Below, one piece after another: positions 23,982 through 35,700 of a stretch of DNA of 64,000 nucleotides. The stretch is from Naegleria gruberi (Eukaryota): assembly GCA_000004985.1 (NCBI GenBank), contig GG738850.1. One strand, given 5' to 3'. Positions within the stretch are counted from its first letter, which is position 1, and every line of letters begins with the position of its first letter. The notes beneath the pieces are model-generated. The model worked only from the letters and a program-made list of their open reading frames with translations, ran no database searches and was not told the DNA's origin. The translations under genes were made by a program, and so were the position numbers.

Positions 23982-26900
23982 TTAATTGAATTCATTATTG
24001 ATTTTTCTCTTTCTTGAGAATATTTCTGCATCTCTGGAAACAAATGGAAAAACAGCAAACCAAATCATACACAATAAACAACTAGAAACCAAACACCACC
24101 CAAGACCTAAACTGAATGCAATCTCATTATTATCACTAACAATACTATCGTCATCATTGAAAGAGAATGGGAATCTGAATATGGTCTCAGTAATCATGGT
24201 AGAAATCAACATGGCCGAGAGAAGCAGAGGGGCAAAGTATTTGACTAAAAAGCACCAAACCCACAAAACTGTCTGTGTTGCCAAATCAGTGCATTTGTAA
24301 ACAAATGTATTCTCAGTGAAAATATTTTCCTCTCCATCTTCATTCTCCTCAGTAGCATACTTTTGAATAATCTTTTGTTTTTTAGCAAGAATGTGGTTTT
24401 TAAATCTCTCAACAGAGAAGAAGGCCGCTCCTTTCCAATATTTCTTTGGGTTGTTTTTCAGTTTTCTGAATGCATGTGTGAGATTAGGGCAGTGAATCAA
24501 ATATTTGAAAAATACCACAAAGTGGGTGGCCATGATTTTACAACGTTTTGTAAATCTTGCACACACAGAGGTGTCTCCCTCCAAAACCATATCAACTATT
24601 CCCTCCTCTGATGGCTCTATCATTTGAATCATTTCTTCTTGCCATTTTTCATGGTTAGCTGCCAAAGCTTCATTAATCTTGTTAACGATATCCTTCTCTT
24701 CCAATTCACTGCATTGACTTTCAAACATTTTACTTCCAAATGCAAAATATCCAACAACTATACACTCAGCCAATCCCATCAAAACTAGACAATAATTTGA
24801 AATGTAGTGATCCACAATTCTAATCAAGTAGTATCCATTATTAAGAGTGAACGGCAATCCTAAAATGAAGCCAACAAGGCAAACAATAAAAGTTGCCACG
24901 TTTCTGTTAGTCAACATTTTGTAAGTGAATGGCATGTCTGGTACATTGTCCTCATGAAGCAAATCTTGCTTCTCTGGAGGAAGATTAATAGTCTCCTTCT
25001 TAATAGCCACAGGAGAAGATGAAATCACATTGGATGAATCGATGGTATCCTCCAGTGGTACTTCATGTTGAGCATCAACTGCTTGTTCTGTCATTTCATG
25101 TTCATTGTGGAAATTCTGCATGTAAATCTTTTGAACATACTTCCAACGTTGAACTTTGAGATTCCACTGCATTGAGAAGTGATCCATCAGGGCACTTGTT
25201 ACACATTCCACACAAGCAAAGGCACTATCTAATCCCATTGAAAATATAGTGGCAATCAGTAAGAGAGCAGAAAAGTGAGGAACTGGCAAATAGGAAACAG
25301 CTTGGAAGTAGACAATAAAAGCCAATCCCAATCCTGAACGAACTGTATCACTAGTAAAGAGCTTGTCAAAATCTGCAAGAGCTGTTTTCAAATAATATTA
25401 TATGAATATTAAGGTAAAAATTAATATTAAAAAAGGTTTGTGAAAAAACTTACCATTCTCACCAAACTTGTCATGAGCCATAACACCCAAAATTGAAAAG
25501 ATAGTAAAGCCACTCAAAAAGGCAATAAAGCAATTGGCTGCCACCACAACAACTGAAGCAATGATAATATTTGATTTTCTACTCAAATATGAAGAATAGG
25601 TAGAGTTGGTTCCATTTCCAACACCAACACTGAAGAATACCTGACCAGCAGCCGCCAACCAAATTTCAGTTTTCAGCAAGACACTGAAATCTGGTTTGAA
25701 AAAGTAGTACAAACCAGAGCTACTTCCCACTTCGAACAATATAGTTCTCAACAAGTAAATGGCCAATAAACAAATTGGCAAAGGTACTGAAATGAAAACT
25801 ACAAATTTGATACTGCTCACACCCTTAAAAACGCACAAAAAGTTGAAAAATACCACAACCAGTAAGCCCAATAAAATTGGCATGGAAACAAAGTCTACTC
25901 CATAAAAATTCGATGGATAATTGCTTATCAATGTAGTTGGTCCAGTGGATTTTCTCAAAACTACAGAATTGAAGAACTCTTCAGCCTTCCCAATCCATGG
26001 TAATTCAGCTTGGAATAAGTTTACAAAATAAACACAAGTCCAACTCAGAATTACATTATAATAACTCAAAATTAATAAACTTCCAAAAACTGTCATGGCC
26101 AAACCAACTCCACAAGCTCTTCTATTCCACTTTGAAATGGATAATATGGAAGATCTTCTCGACATGACACCAAGTGAAAATTCCAACAAGGTCAATGGCA
26201 ATCCCAAAACAACCAAACAGAAAATGTAAGGAATGAGAAATCCACCACCTCCATACGTATAAACAAGATATGGAAAACGAATCAAATCTCCCAAACCAAC
26301 ACTCGAACCAATGGCTGCAAATAAAAAGCTAATAACTGATCCAAAATGTTGTCTCTTATCATCTTCCAATCCATTCGATCCATCATCCACAAATTTGAAA
26401 CATTTCTCATTGGCAATACTTGCCAAATCCAAAGAACTCGTCTCTGAAACATTATCTGCATAATAATCCATACTAGAAGTGGCAGATAAACTTTCCTCTT
26501 CAGTTGTTGTACCTTCCTCTGATTCGAATGCTTGCTCTTCACTCTCAACTTTTGGACCCAAATCTGAATGTCTATGAATGTGATGAGAAATCTTTGGCTT
26601 GTGATTTGGTTTTCTATGGTGATGTCCATGATGACGATGATGAGAAAGTCCCCTTGTGGCATTAAGTTGTTGTTGCTGATGATGACCACGAAGATTATTA
26701 CGAGAACTTCTTCGAGAGGAATCTCTCTTCACTTCTTCCATCATTCCAGCCTGATGTTCCCTCTCAACATCTTCCATCATGATTGTTTCCTCCAACTCTT
26801 CTGGATGATGATTATGAGTGCCTTGTTGTTCTTCTCCTTCTCCAATCATTCCTCTCTTATCAAAGGCTAGAGATGATAAAGTTGTTGGAGCAGCTCCTAC

Positions 26901-27374
26901 TCCGTAATGATGAATGTGTTGGGAGTAGATGGATTTGAGTGCTGAATTATTTACAACTCCAATCCTGTTGCCAATCAATTGGCTATTATCCAAACTTCTT
27001 CTCATATTATTATTGTTAATTATATTTAAATTATTTAAAGTTTTGGAGGGTGGATCCTCTCCACTACTACTACTCATCGATTGTTGTTGTTGTTGAATGA
27101 GAAGTGTGGATGGAAGTTTGGGCGAAGAGGGTGAATTGTTATTTGTATTAGAAAATTGTTGCTGTTGTGATTGTAAAATTCTGGGTGATGACGATGACTG
27201 AGAAGAAACTCTCGGAGAAGATGTACCTGAATTATTGTTCATCATTTCCTTCTCAAAATTGCTGTGAAAATCTTCACAATGGTTTGTTTTCAATTTTTTG
27301 GTTGTTGTCCAACAACTGAAAATTTGGTCACAACTCTGAGATGAGAATTGGTTTTGGTTAGTACTTGATTCCAC
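23982..27374 (-). CDS. Sodium:neurotransmitter symporter family (SNF/SLC6) transporter, about 1105 aa. Exon 1 is 25454..27374, intron 25382..25453, exon 2 is 23982..25381.
   Basis: SLC6 signature AAIGSSVGLGDLIRFPYLVYTYGGGGFLIPYIFCLVVLGLPLTLLEFSLG in exon 1. Exon 1 ends ...HDKFGENG at a GTAAGT donor; AAAACAG acceptor. Exon 2 continues ALADFDKLFTSDTVRSGLGLAFIVYFQAVSYLP...SMGLDSAFACVE (TM6-8 region). The first ~320 aa are a Q/H/S-rich low-complexity tail. Confidence 0.8.
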
Positions 27375-27621
27375 AAGAGTAACAATAAGAGAGTTCCTTA
27401 CGAACAGTTGAGGGTAAGAGAGCAGATTGATAAGGAGATTGATCTGTATTCATCTTCTTCAATCTTGGATGATTCCTTGGTAATCCATTCCTTATTACGG
27501 ACGAGGATTTCATCAGGATTCAATCTGGTAGCCTTGATTTGGGCAGTGTAGTGATTCAGATTTTTCATAATAAAGGGTATGTACAATTTAATAATGTGAG
27601 TAAAATCAATGTGTGTGAAAA

Positions 27622-28467
27622 TTAATTCTTCTTATTGTCTTTAAGGTCTTGATTATTCTTTCCACTTCCAAAGAGTTTTGACCAAATGTTATCATGAAGA
27701 ATCCACAATAAGGTTGAGGTGAATTTAAAATAGAGAGCTGCAATGTATGGAGGTTTCATTTTGGATAAATGTGTCACAATCATGACCAATGCAGGGAAAA
27801 TAAATAGTGGAATAATGCATGCAGCAAATGAGAATCGTCCTGCATTTCTCAATGAAAGACCACCCACAGGGTTATAAGGTTCCAAAATTAAATTCAAATG
27901 ATCTTGCCAAACCTTTGCAACACCATACTCTCTAGCTCCCTCTCTCAAAATATTCAAATATCTAGCACTTGGCAATGCATCAACAATATCCGGTTGAACT
28001 GCTTGCAATGCAATTGCATCAATAGTTTGTCCAAACCATGAAGCATCCTCAGATGCCTTTCTATACTTATCTACAAAACCATCATTCGGATAGAATGGTT
28101 CATAAATCTGAGCCTGAACAATAATTTCTCTATATCCCAAATCATCATGTCCATTTCCTCCCTCTGTTCTTCTAATATGATCCATTTGTTCTCTCGTAAT
28201 TTTATGCACAACACCATGACAATAACCAATCGATCCAATAGCCTTCTCCGATTTTGAAATTGAAGCAAAAGCAGGTTCAAAGTAAGGAAGACCCTTCATA
28301 TCAAATTGAAGGTCATATCCATTAACAATGCAAGGATAGGACTCGATTGGTTGTACCTGTCTTCTTCCAATAAGAACTTTAGATGCCATATTAGCACCAA
28401 AAGCAAAATACCAAACAATTTTATCTTTTGCCGATGATGATGAATCTGTTGCAGAGTTTGAAGCCAT
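27622..28467 (-). CDS. Gamma-glutamylcyclotransferase-like (AIG2/GGCT fold) protein with C-terminal TM segment.
   Basis: VWYFAFGANMASKVLIGRRQV resembles the YFAYGSNM start of GGCT-fold proteins. Hydrophobic FAACIIPLFIFPALVMIV near the C-terminus. Confidence 0.5.
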   Translation of the reverse strand: MASNSATDSSSSAKDKIVWYFAFGANMASKVLIGRRQVQPIESYPCIVNGYDLQFDMKGLPYFEPAFASISKSEKAIGSIGYCHGVVHKITREQMDHIRRTEGGNGHDDLGYREIIVQAQIYEPFYPNDGFVDKYRKASEDASWFGQTIDAIALQAVQPDIVDALPSARYLNILREGAREYGVAKVWQDHLNLILEPYNPVGGLSLRNAGRFSFAACIIPLFIFPALVMIVTHLSKMKPPYIAALYFKFTSTLLWILHDNIWSKLFGSGKNNQDLKDNKKN

Positions 28468-29084
28468 TTTTTTGATTGTTGTTTTTCAAAGAGAATGGAT
28501 AATACAATCTTTAAGAGCAAGAGTAGAAATACTCCACCAAGTGTTGATGGACTTTTTAAAGTGCGCTTCTAAGAAATAATAAGCATGCTCGTTGAAACAC
28601 GCAATAGAAACAAGCGGGCGTATTAAAGCAACTTGATTGAACCTCATTGAAAATATGACCGTTTCATGATTTTTAATATTTTTTTAATTAAAAAATTATA
28701 TTGTGAATTTTATTGAAAAAAAATAACCCGATGTTTACAGGGAGCGCCTCATGAGTCTGTGAACTGTGCTCCTCTGCGATATCAAGTACTGCTTGCCATA
28801 GATGACGAAGAATATTACTCCCCAAAGAACAGTAATAATTTACTGGAGAAATGAACCAGCTAGAAGAACCATTCATGATCTATAAGGCTCCAGTAATCTG
28901 ACTCAATGATCGTGAAGCCTCCTTTGCCCATTCATGATGCTTCCTTTTCTCTCCCTTGTTCCCTACTAGTAACATTTCCAAGCATTTCGGGCACATAATC
29001 ATCATCATCTTCCTTGTGTCTATCATCAGTGATGATAATCATACGCAAATGTGCACTTACCAATTCTGAAAACACGCTCAAAAA

Positions 29085-31711
29085 ATGAAAGAAGACACAA
29101 CAGAACCCACCGCTGCTGGACGGTCATCATTAATTAATCAAACCATAGTTGGCTCGTGGAGAAGGTTGCTTTCAACAATGTCGTTGGGAGGGAACAATAA
29201 ACAATCTACTACTACTACTACTACAACAACAATACCGAATGAGAGTAATAGTAACAATATGATTACTTCTCCACTTACAGTACAGGAAGATTCTGTGGAG
29301 CACTGCTCTGCAAGTGACTCATTGGCTTCTTCAGTGAGTACTTTTCCTACAGTATCCTCCTCCTCCTCGGTAGGAGGAATTGAAGGAACAATAATATCAT
29401 CATCAGCTACTTTGAATAATAATAATAATCAACAAGGAGGGGGATCTGTTGGTGGTGTTACCACTAGTTCTGGTTTAGTAGATCATTCAGCCGCTGTTAT
29501 TAGTAATAGTCAGCCATTTAATGTTCCATCATCATCATCAGAATACCATCACTTTAATAACAATGTTTTTAAAAGTAGTAGTTATTGTAATGAGAGCGTG
29601 GGATATCCATTACATGACCACTACGGCCCAGTTAATACTAATGCATCGTCGTCTGTGGAAGGAAACGTAAGGAAGAAACCAAATGCTATCATGATGAGGA
29701 GAAGAAGATCTCCAAAGAGAAAATCGAATGCCATGATGGATATATCAGATGATGAGGAACAAACATCACCACCAACAAATTCAACAACAACTGCCAGAAA
29801 TCAACCAACAACTAGTCATTCACCACAGGGTCAACGTACCAACAATATGAGAACTAGATTGGAACCACTCTTTAGACCTAATATTGGCAATCATCAACCA
29901 GTACAACATCAACAACTTTTATCTACTTCACCAAATAGTCAACAACCATCAACCTCTCCAAAGAGTGACGAAGACACAATGATGAATGATCCAAGCAGTT
30001 ACTTTTCGGATACAGAAATGTACGTCAAGAAGAAGGATGTTTTGGAATATTCAAAACCAATCCCAGCACACTTTTCTGGTGCTAACACTGCTGCAACTCC
30101 ATTCCAAAAAGTATTTCAAAAATCAACAAATTTCAAACCAGCAACACCATGTCCATCACCGACAAATCAGACCGAGTTTCCATCATCACACAATTTTACT
30201 TCTTCAGGAAGAAGAAACAATGATATTCCAACAGCTTTTCATAATTTAGGGCTTGTTGGTAAATTGAAGGAGTTTTGTGCATCAATACCCTCATATTCAA
30301 TGACATCACCAGTTATCTATTCACCTTTGGATTTATCTGCTAGTTTGGATTCTCTGGATACTGTCTACACATGTTGTGGTAATAATCTTCTTGGTCAATT
30401 GGGTTGTGGTGATAAGCAGAAAAAGACTCTTGCTTTTCAGAGAAAAGCCAAAGGTTCAGTCAAATTTATTGCAGGAGGAAATGGGTTCGTTCTCATAGCA
30501 ACCGTTAATAATGAGCTGTACAGTTGTGGAGATAATTCATATGGTCAATGTGGAGTTGGTCCTATTACTAAAAAGCATTGCCCAAATTTTATGAAATCTG
30601 TTTGGGATAAGAAATTGGATATTAAGAAAATTGCTTGTGGTTATCATCACAGCATGATTTTGACAACCTGCGGAAAGGTATATAGTTGTGGAGCTGGATG
30701 TGCAGGTGCTCTAGGTAGGTTTTTTTAATTGATTATTTATCAATATGTTTCTTATACTAATTAATAGGGCTTGGAGATTTTTTAAATAGAAATACTTTCC
30801 AGAGAGTGAATATTATATTTTTTGGAGATGAAGTTGATAATATTGTATGTGGAATGCATTATTCAGCCATCATTTCAAAGAGTGGCAGACTGTTTGTCAC
30901 TGGTGTAAATATTGCAGGCGAATTGGGTGTAGGAGATTATGTGAATAGAAATTTATTTACATATGTGAGTGAGATACCTCTCCAAGCTAACCCTCAAGTT
31001 GATTTGATTTCTTTCAGACCAGGATTTTCAATAATTTACACAAAATACAAACAGGCTCTTATTGCTGGAAGGACGTTGGGAAATAGATATGCCTATGTGA
31101 ATGGTTTTCCTAACAATGTAAAAAAGATAATTTTCGAAGGTTTACACACTATTATACTGTGTGAAAATGGTATTCTATACAAGTGTAATGATGATGATGT
31201 AGAATTTGACTCCTTTCAAATGCCATTTTTCAATTTTAAACAGGTTCCAATACCCTCTCGAGTTGTTGAAATTTACAATGGTATTGGATATGCTGTTGCA
31301 GTTACGGAAGATAACAAATTCTATGCTATTGGGGATAAGTCTTGGATATTTGCTGTCTTGAATGGAAAAGATAAGACTGATGAACATCCAAATCTTGATG
31401 AGTTTACAAAGATTAGAGTTGATAATTTCCATAATTCGGTAGCATGTGGAGGAACTTTCACTTACTATTACACCAAATCAAATAAGATTGTGAATAATAA
31501 TTCCCTAATTGATAGAATTCAACCACTCGATCCATACCAAGACATTGTCATCAAGTTTGATACCAATAAGAGAGTCAAAACATGGTCTTTAACAAGTGTA
31601 GTTTCTGATTATATATCAAATCAAAAGAAAAAGAGAAAAGTGGAAAGTAGTGATAGTGATAGTGATAGTGATAGAGGTGATTTGGAAGATCTTGAGGAAT
31701 TTAGTAATTAG
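29085..31711 (+). CDS. RCC1-repeat (beta-propeller) protein with long S/T/N-rich N-terminal region. Exons are 29085..30714 and 30768..31711, with a 53-bp intron.
   Basis: RCC1-type repeats are present (LYSCGDNSYGQCGVG, KVYSCGAGCAGALG|LGDFLNRNTFQRVNIIFFGDEVDNIVCGMHYSAIISKSGRLFVTGVNIAGELGVG). GTAGGT donor; TACTAAT then TTAATAG acceptor. The junction restores an RCC1 repeat in frame. Confidence 0.65.
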
Positions 31712-31768
31712 CATTACTGAGAAAATATACTACAAGTGTAAATATTTAAAGATTAAAATAAAAGAGAT

Positions 31769-33247
31769 TTACTTGTATTGCTTCATGAACTTGTCGTGGA
31801 ATTTGGCCAAAGTTTGGACAACACCTTCAATTTGTTCTTCGCTTGGTAAAATGGTAGTTCTAAAGTGATAAGTACCTGGCTTTTGTTGGAAACCAGAACC
31901 TGGAACGACACAGATACCAGTTTCTTCCAACAATTCCAAAACGTACATCAAATCTGGAGCAACACCCATTTCCTTAGCCTTTTGAATGGCCTTTTCTGGG
32001 AGAGTAATTTGTGGGAAAGCATACATGGCACCTTCAACTGGTTGGCAACTAACACCTTCCAAACTGTTCAACATCTTGACCAACTTTTCAGCTCTTCTCT
32101 TCAAGCTATTCAAAATATTGTCTCTTTCAGCAACATATTCTTGGTATGAGGCTTCACCTTGAGATGGTGGACGAACCATCAAATCAACCATAATTTGACC
32201 ATCAGCATTTGGACAGAGATTGACACTACTAATCTTGTACAATTCTTCCTTAACAGCTGGATCAATAGCTTCACTCAATTGGAAGTAACCACCTCTTCTA
32301 CCACATTCACCAATGAAACCCTTAGAAACACTGTGGAAACTGACCATTTCCAATTCCTTTTGAAGTCCCATTTCATAGGCAATCTTGTTGAATGAGTAGA
32401 ATGGCTTCTTACCATTAGTGTAGTTATTTTCTTGATAAACTTCATCAGCCAACAAGACAACTCCCTTATTGACACAGAATTGAATAATTTGTTCCATATC
32501 CTTTCTTTCCAAAACTTGACCAGTTGGATTACCTGGGTTAATAATGACCAAAGCACGAACATTTTGACCATTCTTAATAGCTTGTTCATAAGCTCTTTCC
32601 AATTCTGGCATACCCAAACCCCATCCTTTTTCTTCTTCAAGATAGTATGGAACTTGAGAACCACCACACAAATCAATAGTGGCAGAGTAGAGTGGATATT
32701 GTGGAATTGGAATCATGATACCGTCCTTTTCATTTCTAATGAGCATCTTCAAGCACAATTGAACACCTGGAGAAGCACCATCAGTCAAGAAGATTCTATC
32801 AGTTTGAATGGTTCCCTTAGCAAGTCCATCTCTATTTTCAATGAATTCAACAACATCATCACGAACAAATTCGTAACCTTGAGAGTGAGTATAAGCACCA
32901 GTTGACTTGGCATCAATGTGGCTCATAATTCTTTGAGCTCTATCCAAAACATCAGCATTGAACAATTGAGACAATTGGCTTGACTTGGAAGAATCACCCA
33001 TCAAGTGAGAAGCAGTCAACAATGAGAGAACATTACGATGGAAAGACAATGGCTTTTGCTTCAATTGTTGTGGATTACCAATGTTGCAGTAGACAATTCC
33101 TTGGAATGGGAATTTGGATGGATTTGTCTTTAATTCGTGTTCAATTTGATTAGCACGAATGACGACCTTACCACGGACAGCATAGGAAGTCTTCAAAATG
33201 TTTTGATTGATATTTGAGGTAGAGAGGGCTTTCTTAATACCTTGCAT
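31769..33247 (-). CDS. Alanine aminotransferase (glutamate-pyruvate transaminase), PLP-dependent class I aminotransferase.
   Basis: 492-aa single-exon ORF. LKTSYAVRGKVVIRANQIEHELK...FPFQGIVYCNIGNPQ, ...SVSKGFIGECGRRGGYF (PLP lysine region) and overall collinearity with ALT. Confidence 0.9.
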   Translation of the reverse strand: MQGIKKALSTSNINQNILKTSYAVRGKVVIRANQIEHELKTNPSKFPFQGIVYCNIGNPQQLKQKPLSFHRNVLSLLTASHLMGDSSKSSQLSQLFNADVLDRAQRIMSHIDAKSTGAYTHSQGYEFVRDDVVEFIENRDGLAKGTIQTDRIFLTDGASPGVQLCLKMLIRNEKDGIMIPIPQYPLYSATIDLCGGSQVPYYLEEEKGWGLGMPELERAYEQAIKNGQNVRALVIINPGNPTGQVLERKDMEQIIQFCVNKGVVLLADEVYQENNYTNGKKPFYSFNKIAYEMGLQKELEMVSFHSVSKGFIGECGRRGGYFQLSEAIDPAVKEELYKISSVNLCPNADGQIMVDLMVRPPSQGEASYQEYVAERDNILNSLKRRAEKLVKMLNSLEGVSCQPVEGAMYAFPQITLPEKAIQKAKEMGVAPDLMYVLELLEETGICVVPGSGFQQKPGTYHFRTTILPSEEQIEGVVQTLAKFHDKFMKQYK

Positions 33248-34026
33248 TTCTGTTTAATTTAACATTATTGTTAGTATTATGATGAATTGATTGCATATGT
33301 GAGAGTATCAAGTTCATGCAGTATTATCAAGTGCAATGCAATTTAAATACAATTAGTGTTCGGGATGAAATTTAAAGAATGAACAAGATGATTAATACAT
33401 TCACTATTACACGAACAATCAGCTACATACCTATCGTATTTGCAGAATAATTCATATTTCAATCAATATATTAATAACCAATAACAACAATTTTTTTCAA
33501 TCATAATTGTTAATCATCATCATCCGATATTAAATATTTAAAAGTATAAAAATAACATCATATCCATCGCACCATACATTTCAAAAACCATCGGATCATC
33601 AGTAAAATTAGACGATGCAAAGAAGCAGCGAAAATTGTTTATCGTACAAGATCGAAAAAAATTTATCATCATCAAACCATGAATAAAAAAATCGCAAAAA
33701 GATACAGTACCTTCTTTGGTGTATTTTTTTTAACGCTTTTCTTGTTTGTCCGCTGATTTGTTGGTGCAAATATTGGCTGTGAATCTGGCATGAAGATTAC
33801 AAAAAGTTAAAGAGGCAAAGTCGGAAAGGAAAGGATCCGTTACAAGATGTGAAACTGTAGTGTCGGATTTTTTGGATTTGATTGGATGTAGAGTACCGTT
33901 CGAGTCAATTGAAACCGAGTTAGTGATCTATGTCAAATTTTAACAAATTGTAAAACAATGTGAAAATCAGCTTTTTAAATTGATTATTACTAAAATTTGT
34001 ATTATTTTGTTATTTCTTATAATTAT

Positions 34027-34985
34027 TTACATTAAAAGACACTTTTCGTCCTTTCCACCTGATTTTTTAACTTTTGCAAAAACTTGAGAGGCACAATCAT
34101 TAAAGATTTCTTCCACATTCATTCTAGTCTTGGCACTTGCTTCATAGAATTGAATTCCTCCAAAACGTTGACATAGTTCAGTAGATTCCTCTTTTGTAAC
34201 AGCTCTGTCACTTTCCAAATCTGATTTATTTGCAACCAGAATAATGGCAATGCTATTCTTGGCATTGGAATATTCAGATTCCTCAAGTCCTTTAGTTTGT
34301 AAAATGTGATCAATAAATTGGTAAGCTTCTTCAAAACTGGAACGATTTGTAATACTGTAAACAATTATGTATCCTTCTCCTTGTCTGATATACTATTTGT
34401 TTCGAATATGTAAGAATATGTAAAAAAACAGGGAAATTAATAAAAAACAATAAATTGAAAGAATTTTTCATGAAAATTACCTGATCTCTCAAAGTGTGAA
34501 ATTCTCTATATTGTTGTTGTTATTGTTGTTGTGATTTAAATTATGAAAATTAAAGAAGAAAGGTCATGGTTTCATATCCGATAATATTGTCCAATTAGTT
34601 TCATCACATGATGATGAATTTAAAACTTACTCCTGACCAGCAGTATCCAAAATATCCAAAATTACTTCCTTTTTATCAATTATAGCATCTTTACGATAAC
34701 TTTCATTATTCGAAACTTTATCCTTCCATTAAATTACTTACGAATCTTCCAAGGTTGGGTCATAATGTTCAACAAAAACATTTTGAATCTTTGCAAAATT
34801 AAATTATTTTCTAATTGATGAATGATAACTAACCAACTGAACAACATTCGTATAAATTATTATTCGAAACTTACTTGTACAATTAGAGCACTTTTCCCCA
34901 CACCACCCGAACCGAAGACTACGATTTTAACTTCTTCCTTGCTTTTTTCCTTCTTCTTCTTTTCTGCCTTTTTGACAGGTGGCAT
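34027..34985 (-). CDS. Ras-family small GTPase (Ras-like, DTAGQE; CAAX CLLM), 5 exons: 34875..34985, 34742..34788, 34631..34699, 34481..34505 (25-nt micro-exon), 34027..34392. About 205 aa.
   Basis: G1 KIVVFGSGGVGKSALIVQ. Effector HYDPTLEDSYRK. G3 DILDTAGQEEF. G4 VANKSD. G5 EASAK. C-terminal CLLM. Every junction has GTAAGT/GTAATT donors and AG acceptors; introns are 86, 42, 125 and 87 bp. Confidence 0.8.
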
Positions 34986-35700
34986 TTTTTATTTGTTTTT
35001 GTTTGGCAAATTCACAGAAGGAAACTTGACTGTTGGATGCACCGACTTGTCAAACGATTGAATCACAATATCTTGTTGTATTAATTTCATTATCTTCTAT
35101 TGAAAATCATACATTCGAACAATGTTTCCAATAATTTTGAGAAGATTGTTTACAATAAACAATTTATTCTTTTTTTTAGACTTGCTCCTTTGTTAAAACA
35201 TTCAAATCATCAATTACTCGTTTTTCAAACTCCAATAGAGGCACAACTGCCAAATGTCGTTAGCAATCCTTTTTGTTCATGTCTCCATCATGAATTTACT
35301 TTTCCAATTCTAAATGAATCTTCTCCAAAACAGAATCATCTTTTCTTTATATAAACAAGAAATGGGCAATCTCGAAAGATAAAATCAAATAATTATTAAG
35401 TGCGAAGTTGCTGTCTCACAATAAACCATTCAAACTATTAAAAAAACAACAACTCACGAATTGCAAGATTTTCTTGTTACTCTAATCTGATTCTCTCTAC
35501 CTGCCACCTTGCAAGGTACTAAAACACATCACTGACAGTTGGCAGTTTTCACGTTACTTATTCAAAGAGAGATCTCCAGTTACACAACTTGCTACTACTA
35601 ACCAGATAGGTTCATCAAGACACATTGTGAAAGTAAGTGTTTTTCTTCATTTTGTTAAAGAAAAAAACCTCAAACTATTCTTCATCAAACTTGCACACAA

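Noticed and set aside
20499-24017. Small ORFs antisense to, or overlapping, the plus-strand EGF gene (e.g. 20499..20699 -, 21597..21899 -, 22696..22884 -)
   Set aside because: They sit within a continuous 1190-aa CDS on the opposite strand. No features of real genes.
31653-31676. (AGTGAT)4 microsatellite
   Set aside because: It lies inside the RCC1-gene CDS, encoding SDSDSDSD. It is a coding low-complexity tract, not a separate element.
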